IMG/VR virus record: IMGVR_UViG_3300044487_000013
Location: 1-64,000 of that record
DNA from: a virus
DNA: 64,000 nucleotides
Strand: one strand, 5' to 3'
Shown here: positions 55,622 to 63,892 of the stretch, piece by piece
How the letters are laid out: each line of letters starts with the position of its first letter
How positions within the stretch are numbered: the stretch's first letter is position 1
The notes under the pieces: generated by a model
Told to the model about the DNA's origin: nothing
The model's input: only the letters and a program-made list of their open reading frames with translations
The model's database searches: none
Position numbers and translations under genes: made by a program

Positions 55622-57842
55622 CGGCCCAGGTCCTTCCAACTCCGACCTCCCACAAGATGGGAACGCGGAACTCCAGGTACTGCGTGTTCAGCGCTTCCTT
55701 CAGCTTCATTGGGTCACCATGCAGATCTCCTGCCAGAGCGTCATGCACGGTAAACCGCTCGATCAGACCCAACTCGTGACGCCTTTTGTGGATCTCGACC
55801 AGGGTCACTTTGATGTCATCGGCCTCGGTACCCTGGATGACACCGTTGAGCGCCGAGTAGAAACGGTCGCCTACGCCGAACCGACGACGTCGCCCGAGGA
55901 ACGTTTTTACGTAGCCGCGATGCGGATAACCCGCATCGTAGTACTTTCGGCAGGCGCCACCGCACGAGTCCGCGCCGAATGAACCCTCTCGCTGGAAGGA
56001 CGCGCGATGGCCGGGCATCGAGAGGTGCGCGGCCAGCTTGAGCAGTGGTTTCACGGACGGAAACATCGTGTGGTACGTCTCCGATAGCTGCACCACCTCT
56101 TGGAACTTCGGCCCGCCGACCCGATGGGTGCTCTTGCTCTTTGTCGCGTCCAGCCATTCGTCGTAGGACGGGATCTGGTCCTCCGGCACACCAAGCTGGC
56201 GAGCCATCTTCGGGATCCCGGCGCCGAACACCTGGGCGAAGTTCACGTTCTTGACGTGGGTGCGGATCAGGTCGCGACCTGCATGTTCGAAAATGAGTCG
56301 GCCCACGACTCCGTGGTAGTCCGTCAGCTTGTCATCAGCCGTGAGCGGCAAGCCGGCCAGCCGCTTGGCCTCGGCCCGCGCCTCGATCTCGCGCCATCCC
56401 CAGTCGCGTTTGTACGCCTCGATGATGCGTGGGTCGTTTCCATAGTGGGCGAAGATGCGGAACTGCAGCGAGTTGGCGTCCGCGTTGACGTACTTGGCTG
56501 ACGGGTCCGCGGTCTTGAACAGTTTCTTCACGATGTACTTGCGGGTGAAGGGCCGGTTCTTCTTCTGGCTCTCCACCCCGAACACCTGCTGGATGTTCGC
56601 GCCATCGTCGCGGAACGGTGCGGCCGAGGAGAAACGGCCCGAGACCGCTCCGCCGTGGCCCTCAGCATCATCCTGGTAGGGCATCTGGTGTAGTTCGTAG
56701 CGGAGGATGCCGTCCCGCGACGTCGATCGCTGATACTTCAGGAGGAACTTGGACCGCAGGCTCTCCAGCTGGAGGCCGGCGCTCATCGCCTGGACCCAAC
56801 GGTTCTGGATGGGTTTCAGCAGAGCGACCGCGAACGAGTAGTTCGGCTCGCCAGTCTCCGGATGGTAGGGCTGCTCCTCATCGAGCGGCGGGTCGATATG
56901 CAGGCGGCTGAACAGCTGCAAGGCCGCCTTGCGGTTGGTGAACTTCTCGAACTCGACCCCGGTCGCCTTCCGAATGGCGTGCCGCAGGTTGTCCAGGTCG
57001 CGGGCGCTCGCGTTGACCCAGCGGTTCAGCAGTTCGACGTCGATGGGCGCTCCGTTATGCTCCATCTCTACGACGACCGGGATGACCGCGTCCTCGACCG
57101 CGCGCACGGTGTGCAGGTCCTGCTCGGTCAGCTGCGGCCACATAGCGGCCTGGAGCAGATGCACGATCCGGACGTCGCCCTCGGCGCGGGGCGCCACTAG
57201 GCCTGCTGGGTACTCCGCGAACTTGCTGGGGTCCAGGTCATAGCCGCCTGCCGCGCGCACCTTGGCTTCCTCTGGCGTGATGATGCCCGGCTGGACCAGG
57301 AACGCGTTCGCCAGGTCCTCCTGGTTGAACCGGATCCGGTGGTCGTCCAGCAATGCCGCATAGTGAGCAACGTCCCCGAAGGTGCAGCCTTGCGCTTCGA
57401 GATCCAGCCCATCGGCACGGAACATATGCAGGTCGAACTTGGTGCGGATGTTGACGATCCGCTTGCCGCGCAGTTCCCTTCGCGCCCATTCGAAGAACCT
57501 CTCCTCCGGGATGTTCACCCCGATCTTGTGGCGGATAGGCAGGTACCGCGAGCGGCCGTCCGGGGTCCAGATGCCGGCGCCGATCATGCGGTCACCGGCC
57601 CACCACTTGAGGCCGGTGGTTTCCAGGTCGATGATGATCTCGTCCATGCCGGCGAGCGACGGCAGGTCCGGCGGCTGCCAGTCCTTGACGCTGTCGAGCA
57701 TCGCCTGGTACGTGCGTCGGTCGCCTGCGTACCGCGCCTCCTGGCGCAGCAGGTCGACCCCGGCACGGTGGCGCGACATGGCGTCGGCGGCCCGCTGATC
57801 TTCCTCCGCGGAATGTGCCTTGGAGTATTCGAAGAGGTTCAT
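55611..57842 (-). CDS. family A DNA polymerase with 3'-5' exonuclease domain
   Basis: Exo motif IIIDLETTGL. Pol motif A DANSLQFRIFAHY, motif B NVNFAQVFGAG, motif C FTVHDA. Confidence 0.9.
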   Translation of the reverse strand: MNLFEYSKAHSAEEDQRAADAMSRHRAGVDLLRQEARYAGDRRTYQAMLDSVKDWQPPDLPSLAGMDEIIIDLETTGLKWWAGDRMIGAGIWTPDGRSRYLPIRHKIGVNIPEERFFEWARRELRGKRIVNIRTKFDLHMFRADGLDLEAQGCTFGDVAHYAALLDDHRIRFNQEDLANAFLVQPGIITPEEAKVRAAGGYDLDPSKFAEYPAGLVAPRAEGDVRIVHLLQAAMWPQLTEQDLHTVRAVEDAVIPVVVEMEHNGAPIDVELLNRWVNASARDLDNLRHAIRKATGVEFEKFTNRKAALQLFSRLHIDPPLDEEQPYHPETGEPNYSFAVALLKPIQNRWVQAMSAGLQLESLRSKFLLKYQRSTSRDGILRYELHQMPYQDDAEGHGGAVSGRFSSAAPFRDDGANIQQVFGVESQKKNRPFTRKYIVKKLFKTADPSAKYVNADANSLQFRIFAHYGNDPRIIEAYKRDWGWREIEARAEAKRLAGLPLTADDKLTDYHGVVGRLIFEHAGRDLIRTHVKNVNFAQVFGAGIPKMARQLGVPEDQIPSYDEWLDATKSKSTHRVGGPKFQEVVQLSETYHTMFPSVKPLLKLAAHLSMPGHRASFQREGSFGADSCGGACRKYYDAGYPHRGYVKTFLGRRRRFGVGDRFYSALNGVIQGTEADDIKVTLVEIHKRRHELGLIERFTVHDALAGDLHGDPMKLKEALNTQYLEFRVPILWEVGVGRTWADAK

Positions 57843-58273
57843 TCGGCCTCAAGTGGCAGCGTGATGCCCAGGCCGTCACCCTGGGCATTACCCACGCGGC
57901 TTGCTATGCGGACACGTCGTTTGCGTTTCGGGTTCAGGTGGTTCTCATAGCTGATATGGTGCGAGCGGCACAGAGCCTCGTGGTTCTTTGGCGCGTTGTT
58001 AGTGTCGTCGCCGTCCTTGTGATGAATGTCGGCAGGGTCGCCACATTTGATGCAGAGAGGTTCCGCCCCACCGTGTCGTTCAATCCAGATGTTGCGCGCC
58101 CGCTCGTGCTTCGCGGACTCACTCATGCCAACAGGACGCTTCGAATTGACCGCGTGCGTACTGCAGCTATGCGAGCAGAACTTTGCCTCGCCGCGGTTGA
58201 CGTACTTGATCTCCGCGAAGAAGATGCGCCCGCATGGCGCCCAGTGACATGTACGTTCAACCATTGTCGGCAT
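57839..58273 (-). CDS. HNH endonuclease
   Basis: CIKCGDPADIHHKDGDDTNNAPKNHEALCRSHH. Confidence 0.65.
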   Translation of the reverse strand: MPTMVERTCHWAPCGRIFFAEIKYVNRGEAKFCSHSCSTHAVNSKRPVGMSESAKHERARNIWIERHGGAEPLCIKCGDPADIHHKDGDDTNNAPKNHEALCRSHHISYENHLNPKRKRRVRIASRVGNAQGDGLGITLPLEAE

Positions 58274-58282
58274 AAAGGGTAT

Positions 58283-58615
58283 TGGAGACGGTGGGAGTCG
58301 AACCCACGTCCGAACGAATGTTCCCGCGTCCATCTACGTGCATAGCCCGGTGCCGCCGGGCACGGTCTTGAACGACGCTGCGGTTTTCTTACTTGCCCGT
58401 CCCTGATCCGCAGCCAAACAGGATCGTGGGCCATAGCCGATTAATGACGTGGATGACGGCTTATCGGCATCAGCCGGTCCACGGACGGCTGCCTTAAGCA
58501 GCCATCGGGAGTGCAACAGGTTCCGCAATTAAGGGATCTGCCAGCGGATTAACGAGTCACTGGTGCTCGGCACGCAGACCCGGTTCAACGCGCTCGTCGA
58601 AGCCGTGTCGTCCCC
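58283..58615 (-). ncRNA. ssrA: tmRNA (ssrA), complete
   Basis: 5' GGGGACGACACGGCUUCGACG pairs with 3' ...GGACGUGGGUUCGACUCCCACCGUCUCCA, giving a G3-U wobble acceptor. Internal ORF ends GCUGCUUAA. Confidence 0.7.
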
Positions 58616-58757
58616 AAATGGTGGCCAGCCGCCCCTGGCCGGGTGTTTCGCGGCATCACGGCAACCTCGTACGTTGACGGATGGGAGAGGTGCCAGCAGC
58701 TGGAGCGGACCGCATGCGCCGGTTCCATGTCGCTGGCGTCCCGCCTTAGCGGGAAGA

Positions 58758-59291
58758 TCAAAGTCGTGGCAATTCGTCGCGAGTGAAATCGTACACGATC
58801 GTCGCGTACGGCGCCAGCAGTTCGAACGCCTTGTACGCTTGGTGCAAAAACCCTTCCGTCTGATACGACGGCCGTTCGCGACCTTCCTTGGTCACGTTGT
58901 TCAGAGTGACCGAGAACGGTGGCAGACACAAGATCACCGGCACCTTGTGATGACGGAGCAACCGAGTCAGCATCTCCAATTCACCGTCGTGGATTTCGAC
59001 GCGGTCGGGCCGAAGGATCGGCGCGTACGCGACCTCCGACAGGTGAAAGCGGTCGAACGCGATCGGTGCGGCCTTGGTCCAGACCGCCTGGGCTGAGCGC
59101 TCCTCGAACCGCGCCTCCATGACCTTGCGCGTGTACGCGAGCATGGCTGGTTCGTCGCCGCCCCAGCCCTTCGGGTTCGCGCCCTCAGACCCGAGGCCCT
59201 GGCGTAGAGCCTTCAGCTGCCTGCGCTGGTACCCGAGGCGTTGGATGGTCGTGGTCTTGCCGGAACCGTCCGGCCCTTCAACGATGATCAT
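58758..59291 (-). CDS. thymidylate (dNMP) kinase
   Basis: P-loop IIVEGPDGSGKTT. Confidence 0.65.
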   Translation of the reverse strand: MIIVEGPDGSGKTTTIQRLGYQRRQLKALRQGLGSEGANPKGWGGDEPAMLAYTRKVMEARFEERSAQAVWTKAAPIAFDRFHLSEVAYAPILRPDRVEIHDGELEMLTRLLRHHKVPVILCLPPFSVTLNNVTKEGRERPSYQTEGFLHQAYKAFELLAPYATIVYDFTRDELPRL

Positions 59292-59488
59292 GCGGTCGCC
59301 TCCGCCACCAGCTTACCGTTGACCGAGATCAGGGTGAACAGGTGAATGCCGGTTGACTCCACGCGGATCTCGTAGGCGATCGACCCGATGAACGTGGTGC
59401 CCTGCGCCAGGCCGGCCAGCTTGAGGCGCCGGGCGTAGGCTTCCAGCTTGCGGGCGATGGGTGCAGTGATGCCGGGTGCTTCGGTCAT
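59288..59488 (-). CDS. hypothetical protein
   Basis: 66 aa. ATGA overlap. Confidence 0.4.
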   Translation of the reverse strand: MTEAPGITAPIARKLEAYARRLKLAGLAQGTTFIGSIAYEIRVESTGIHLFTLISVNGKLVAEATA

Positions 59489-59706
59489 GTCCGTGGCTTC
59501 CTCCGCCGTTCCTTAACGGCCTTCGCGAGTCGGTTCTGTTCGGTGATGTACGGGTCGAGCATGCGGACGCAGTGGCTTCGGATCTGACTGCCGATATCGC
59601 GGAGCATGCCGTCGTCGGAGGCCGTGAGTACCTTGGCCAGGGCGTGGATGTTGAAGAGACGATAGACCTCGACCGGGGTCCTCGCTCTCACGTGCGGCTT
59701 CTTCAT
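59485..59706 (-). CDS. hypothetical protein
   Basis: 73 aa. ATGA overlap. Confidence 0.4.
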   Translation of the reverse strand: MKKPHVRARTPVEVYRLFNIHALAKVLTASDDGMLRDIGSQIRSHCVRMLDPYITEQNRLAKAVKERRRKPRT

Positions 59707-60191
59707 TCGTCCCGTCCCTTCGTTCGTCCAAGGATGTAGTCCGGCCGGCGGGCCGCGTTCGGCGGGCAGACGCAGAGGATGCGCCAGCCGCGGTCGAGTT
59801 CCGTTTGAAGCATGTCCGTGCAGTAGTCGGTGACGACCTTCACCTCATCGATCGCGAGCAGGCCGATATGCGGGACCTGCACGTAGACCTTCATCTTCTG
59901 CACGACGGTGGGCCGGGTCGGGTCGTCGCTGTCCGAGGGAAGGATGGCTTCAAGCGGCAGTGTGCCCTTGAATTTTTTAATCTCGTAGGCGACGCCCAAC
60001 TCGGCCAGGTACGGTCCATCCTGGAGAATGTCGATCAGGGTGTCCCGTTCCCAGTTGTAGCCCTTTTCGCGGTCTGCTTCTTCCGGCGCTCTCGGGAAGA
60101 TCTCCTTGAGGCGTCGGTAGACCGTGAGATCCGCCGCGGCTTTGGCGAGCACGTCATTGGCGCGGTAGTCGAGTTCGATGCGGACGATCAT
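59703..60191 (-). CDS. hypothetical protein (possible PD-(D/E)xK-like)
   Basis: 162 aa. AIDEVKVV segment. Confidence 0.4.
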   Translation of the reverse strand: MIVRIELDYRANDVLAKAAADLTVYRRLKEIFPRAPEEADREKGYNWERDTLIDILQDGPYLAELGVAYEIKKFKGTLPLEAILPSDSDDPTRPTVVQKMKVYVQVPHIGLLAIDEVKVVTDYCTDMLQTELDRGWRILCVCPPNAARRPDYILGRTKGRDE

Positions 60192-60391
60192 TGCGCCACC
60201 GTCCTCCGTAGGTGAATCCTTCCGCCGAAGCTAACCGCACGATGGCACTCCGGGCAGAGCCTTATTCCGTTCGGTTTGCTTTCGTAAAATATCTGCCCAG
60301 GCCGCGTGATGTAGTCCGCGCAGCTGTCGCACAGATCCTCATTGGCCGGAACCCACTTCGTCCTCGGGAATTGAAGCACGCGTGTGGTCAT
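60188..60391 (-). CDS. zinc-ribbon protein
   Basis: CDSC...CPEC. Start at the internal Met. Confidence 0.4.
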   Translation of the reverse strand: MTTRVLQFPRTKWVPANEDLCDSCADYITRPGQIFYESKPNGIRLCPECHRAVSFGGRIHLRRTVAQ

Positions 60392-60657
60392 CGGACGCGG
60401 TCCTCGAACACTTCGAGGCGTGAGATCCAACGCATCCCGGTGCCTGGCGTGTTGGTCGTCCACCAACGCAGGCCGTCCTTCGAATGGCCCCAGGTGAAGC
60501 CCTTGTGCTCCGGCCGGTTGCGGTAGCGATGGAGCGCCAGGAGCGCCCGGCGCTTGGTGCTGAAGATGCCCAGCGACATGTCATGGAGCCACAGCTGCCA
60601 GACCGGCATCTCGACCTTCACCTTGACGGTGGCTTTGAGCAATCCGATCGACGCCAT
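60388..60657 (-). CDS. hypothetical protein
   Basis: TGATG overlap with the upstream gene. Confidence 0.4.
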   Translation of the reverse strand: MASIGLLKATVKVKVEMPVWQLWLHDMSLGIFSTKRRALLALHRYRNRPEHKGFTWGHSKDGLRWWTTNTPGTGMRWISRLEVFEDRVR

Positions 60658-61103
60658 CAGTTCCTCTCCCAGTAGATCGGGCACAGCCCGTTCTCGATGC
60701 GGTCCTTGTGGCCCGCCTTGAACAACACGACGACCGTGCCGTACGGGCAGGGCTGCGCGGCCTCGACGTGCTGAACCTTCGACCGCATGATATGGAGTTC
60801 GTGCGCGGACCCGAGGACGAGTTCCTGCCAGTACAATGTGGTCATGGCCTCGACCCGGACGACCGCGGCGAACGCCCGCCGATGATGGCCGGCCATCGCG
60901 CGTGCGCGGGCCAGCCGGTCCTTGTCCGTCTCGTCCGCGATGCCCAGCGGATGGACGATCTCGGCGCCTGGCACGAGCCGGCGCAGGAGCGCCAGCGTGC
61001 TTTCGTCGTACGGCTTGGCGCCTTCGCCAGTCGTGATGCGGGCTGAGTTCCGGATGGCGCCGGCAGGGCGGGTCGCCTTGTTCCGCTTGCTCTTCTTGCT
61101 CAC
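60657..61103 (-). CDS. hypothetical protein
   Basis: 148 aa, basic N-terminus. Confidence 0.45.
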   Translation of the reverse strand: MSKKSKRNKATRPAGAIRNSARITTGEGAKPYDESTLALLRRLVPGAEIVHPLGIADETDKDRLARARAMAGHHRRAFAAVVRVEAMTTLYWQELVLGSAHELHIMRSKVQHVEAAQPCPYGTVVVLFKAGHKDRIENGLCPIYWERN

Positions 61104-61124
61104 GTCATCTCCTCGCTGTCGTTG

Positions 61125-61160
61125 AAAGTGGTCACCGGAGTCGGGTTCGTCCGACCCCGG
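61125..61160 (-). terminator. hairpin downstream of the SprT-like gene
   Basis: CACCGGAGTCGG-GTTCGT-CCGACCCCGGTG, a 12-bp stem with one mismatch. Confidence 0.3.
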
Positions 61161-61175
61161 TGCAACCGCGGGTCC

Positions 61176-62324
61176 TTACTCGACCTGCCGGAGGAGCCCG
61201 GCCTGTTTCAACCGAGAGATGAGACTGGCGGGATGCGCCACCCCGAGAGCCTTGCATCGCTCCGAGATGCGCTCCGCCAACTCGGTCGCAGTGACCGGGC
61301 CGGCCTCGATCTCAGATCGGACCAGCTGCGCGGCCTCGCTGTTGGGCCAGCGTTCCGCATTGCCCGGATCGAGTTCCAGGGCGACCCGCTTGCGCGGCGC
61401 GGGCGCCTGGCGCGGCTTCTTCTCCTTCGGGGTCATCGCCTGCCTGGCGTCCTCCATCAGCGTGGGTGCGGCGGGCGCCGCGGCGGGCGGTTCCGCGGCG
61501 GGCGGTTCCGCGGCGGGCGGTTCGGCAGGCACGTTCCAGGGATCCTTCTGGATGACTACCTCACCCGGCTCCGGTGCGACCTCGGCGGCCACCTGATGCA
61601 CGAACGGGTCGGAGGCTTCTTCGATGATCGGCTCGCCCAATTCCGTCCAGGACCGGAACTCGTCGCCCCGCTTGTAACAGGCCCCGATGAACTGGCCCTC
61701 GGTCGCGGAGAATACGTAGACGTCCAGGATGTTGTCGTTGGTGCGGTTCACCATCAGCCGGCTTTCTTCGTGGGCGTCCTCCGCCGAGAACCGCTCCTTC
61801 AGCGTCTCGGTCGATTGGACCTTACGCCCTTTTTCCTCCCGCTCGCGCGTGACCATCAGGGTAAATGGGCCGCGATGCCGTGCGTAGATCTCGCGCATGT
61901 TTTCGTATCGAGCCATCTGCCAGATCCTCCAGTCGCTGTTGGTGACCAGGTCCCGCAGGACCCGGCAGTAGGTCGGGCCATGCCCGAACCGTTTCGTGGT
62001 GAGATGATCGAGAACGTGTGCGGCTTCGTGGAGCACCAGGCCCGCCCGCAGCCGGCCGCCTTCATCGAGCGGCAATCGCGGGAGGCTGATGCCGTAGCCG
62101 CGGAGGATATGGAACCTGGCGCGGCCCCGCTTGCATCCCCACAGCAGTTTCACCGACCGCGGTAGTTCAGGCTTCCAGAACAGTCGCATCCCGGCGAGGA
62201 TGCGCCGCGCTTCGAGTTCGTCGCATGGCGTCAGATGCGCCGCGACCAGTTCGCGGAGCCAGCCCTCGCGTGCCGCGCGTTTCAGGATGCTGGCGTACTC
62301 CAGGGACCTGGGATCCGGACGCAT
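61176..62324 (-). CDS. SprT-like zinc metallopeptidase domain protein with PAAEP tandem repeats
   Basis: HEAAHVLDHL...GHGPTY (HExxH ... GHGP). (PAAEP)x3 linker. Start uncertain (62324 or 62189). Confidence 0.55.
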   Translation of the reverse strand: MRPDPRSLEYASILKRAAREGWLRELVAAHLTPCDELEARRILAGMRLFWKPELPRSVKLLWGCKRGRARFHILRGYGISLPRLPLDEGGRLRAGLVLHEAAHVLDHLTTKRFGHGPTYCRVLRDLVTNSDWRIWQMARYENMREIYARHRGPFTLMVTREREEKGRKVQSTETLKERFSAEDAHEESRLMVNRTNDNILDVYVFSATEGQFIGACYKRGDEFRSWTELGEPIIEEASDPFVHQVAAEVAPEPGEVVIQKDPWNVPAEPPAAEPPAAEPPAAAPAAPTLMEDARQAMTPKEKKPRQAPAPRKRVALELDPGNAERWPNSEAAQLVRSEIEAGPVTATELAERISERCKALGVAHPASLISRLKQAGLLRQVE

Positions 62325-62466
62325 GGGTTCGGGCCTCCGTTGGGGTGACGTTCCAGCCGGTCGTCTCGTGGCCGCAGTCGATGCAGCGGAGCGAGATCCG
62401 GTTGGCTTCGAATTGCGGCAGCCGGTCATGGCCGCCGCGCATGATGCACGCGAGTCGTTTGAACAT
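62167..62466 (-). CDS. possible small zinc-ribbon protein (overlaps the SprT-like start)
   Basis: MFKRLACIMRGGHDRLPQFEANRISLRCIDCGHE. The tail is low-complexity. Confidence 0.25.
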   Translation of the reverse strand: MFKRLACIMRGGHDRLPQFEANRISLRCIDCGHETTGWNVTPTEARTHASGSQVPGVRQHPETRGTRGLAPRTGRGASDAMRRTRSAAHPRRDATVLEA

Positions 62467-62468
62467 TG

Positions 62469-62804
62469 TCAGTCTCGTGGGTCCGGAATGCGGCCGGCCA
62501 GGTAATCGGCGTAGGCTTCGGCTTCGCGCGCCGCGATGAGCGCCACTGGGACCGGGATGAACCCGTCGTGCGCCGCAATCTTCTTGCTGCGCGCGGTGAT
62601 CTCGGCCTCCATCAGCATCGAGCAGCGGGCGCACATTCCGTGCGACACGAGGCCGTCAGCCTGGCCGTCATCCTTGAGCGTTTCCGTGGCGTGCATCAGG
62701 TGCTGGCTCCATCCGCCGGTGCATACCGTCACCATGATCTCCTCGGTGGTGGTTGGGCCGGTCCATCCCGGCCAGCCCATCCTATTGCACTTGGCGTGCC
62801 GCAC
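62469..62804 (-). CDS. hypothetical protein (first minus-strand gene next to the divergent early region)
   Basis: 111 aa. Confidence 0.4.
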   Translation of the reverse strand: MRHAKCNRMGWPGWTGPTTTEEIMVTVCTGGWSQHLMHATETLKDDGQADGLVSHGMCARCSMLMEAEITARSKKIAAHDGFIPVPVALIAAREAEAYADYLAGRIPDPRD

Positions 62805-62961
62805 GGTTCAAGCGGGAAACGGTGCGCGAACTCGGGCAGTTGTGCGTTGGTGCCCGCCGCGGCGCATGTTCTTTACTGAGACGGTTGTTACATAAAGCGG
62901 TCAACGGCCGGGGAAAATCCCTGACGCCAATTCCGTCATCAGATGACCGAAAACTGTACTC

Positions 62962-63041
62962 GGAAATAGGCGAAGCGCTGGCGAAACGGCCGGAATGGCC
63001 GCCGGTTTCCCGATGGCATGGCGCTCGCACAAGAAGGCGGC
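62962..63041 (+). promoter_or_regulatory. repeated element copy E (TGGCATG-N4-TCGCA)
   Basis: GGCGAAGCGCTGGCGAAACGG box then TGGCATGGCGCTCGCA. ATG at 63042. Confidence 0.4.
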
Positions 63042-63365
63042 ATGACAAAACAGAAACCGATCCGATTCTGGTACGAGGGCTTCGAATACGAGATCCGCGA
63101 CGGCCACGCTTTCGGCGCCGATGGCCTGCCATCGCGCAACCAGCCGACGCGCCGGGGCGCCAAGTTCAACGAGCCGATCATCGATGCCGCCTACGAGAAG
63201 GAGATCATCGAGGCGGCCCAGCCGGTGACCATCCAGTACGAAGTGCCGGGCCGGCGCGGCGGGCCGATGGTCGCCAAGGAGCGTACGTTCCCGAACCAGC
63301 CCGCCCTGGAGGACTGGGCCAACGACCACCCGGAAGCCAACATTCTGCGCTATTCGGCGCGGTAA
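63042..63365 (+). CDS. hypothetical early protein
   Basis: Internal ATG with a GAAGG SD. 107 aa. Confidence 0.55.
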   Translation: MTKQKPIRFWYEGFEYEIRDGHAFGADGLPSRNQPTRRGAKFNEPIIDAAYEKEIIEAAQPVTIQYEVPGRRGGPMVAKERTFPNQPALEDWANDHPEANILRYSAR

Positions 63366-63389
63366 TCCGGGCGACGGAAGTGTGATCGG

Positions 63390-63467
63390 CGGCCGGCGAA
63401 ACGTAGGCGAAACGGCCTGATTGGCGGGCCGTTCCAGGGTGGCATGGTCCCTGCAGTAGGGTAGGGC
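63390..63467 (+). promoter_or_regulatory. repeated element copy C (TGGCATG-N4-CTGCA)
   Basis: GTAGGCGAAACGG box then TGGCATGGTCCCTGCAG. ATG at 63468. Confidence 0.4.
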
Positions 63468-63563
63468 ATGACCACGAACACCACCCTGGACCGATGGCTG
63501 GCGGAACAGAAGCTGGAACGCGAATTGGCGGCCGAACGCCGCGCCGCGGCCCGCAAAGCCTGA
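63468..63563 (+). CDS. candidate 31-aa sORF (MTTNTTLDRWLAEQKLERELAAERRAAARKA)
   Basis: Same geometry as the other copies: the ATG lies 14 nt after the -12-like GC. Confidence 0.35.
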   Translation: MTTNTTLDRWLAEQKLERELAAERRAAARKA

Positions 63564-63609
63564 TCACGGTCTTGGCGGTTCGCGACTCAAAGCGAGCCAC
63601 CAGCCGCGG

Positions 63610-63682
63610 CCGAAGCGCAGGCGAAAGCACGCGATTGGCCGAAGGGTTCAAGGGTGGCACGGAGATGGCAATAGGAGAAGGC
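63610..63682 (+). promoter_or_regulatory. repeated element copy D (TGGCACG-N4-TGGCA)
   Basis: GCAGGCGAAAGCACG box then TGGCACGGAGATGGCAA. ATG at 63683. Confidence 0.4.
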
Positions 63683-63892
63683 ATGAACACCTCAACGACC
63701 TTCACCCCGCGGGTTCGGTTCAATTGGGGATTTTGGGACGCGGTCGCCGCGAAGCGGGACGGCCGCCGGGTCCAAGACGAACTTTGGATCTCGCGCCACT
63801 TCGACCGCGCCTACGCCAAGGGCTACTCGGCCGGCAAGCAGGCCGAGGGCCAGCCCGCGACGAGCGACGCGGCATGGAAGGAGAGCCGATAA
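63683..63892 (+). CDS. hypothetical early protein
   Basis: Internal ATG of ORF 63494..63892. 69 aa. Confidence 0.5.
   Translation: MNTSTTFTPRVRFNWGFWDAVAAKRDGRRVQDELWISRHFDRAYAKGYSAGKQAEGQPATSDAAWKESR

Noticed and set aside
58283-58360. Whether the tRNA-like 3' segment (T-arm plus acceptor) was a partial tRNA marking an attP/attL integration core.
   Set aside because: A matching 5' acceptor strand (GGGGACG with G-U wobble) and a full tmRNA body lie 330 nt upstream on the same strand, so it is an intact ssrA gene. No integrase gene is present in the window.
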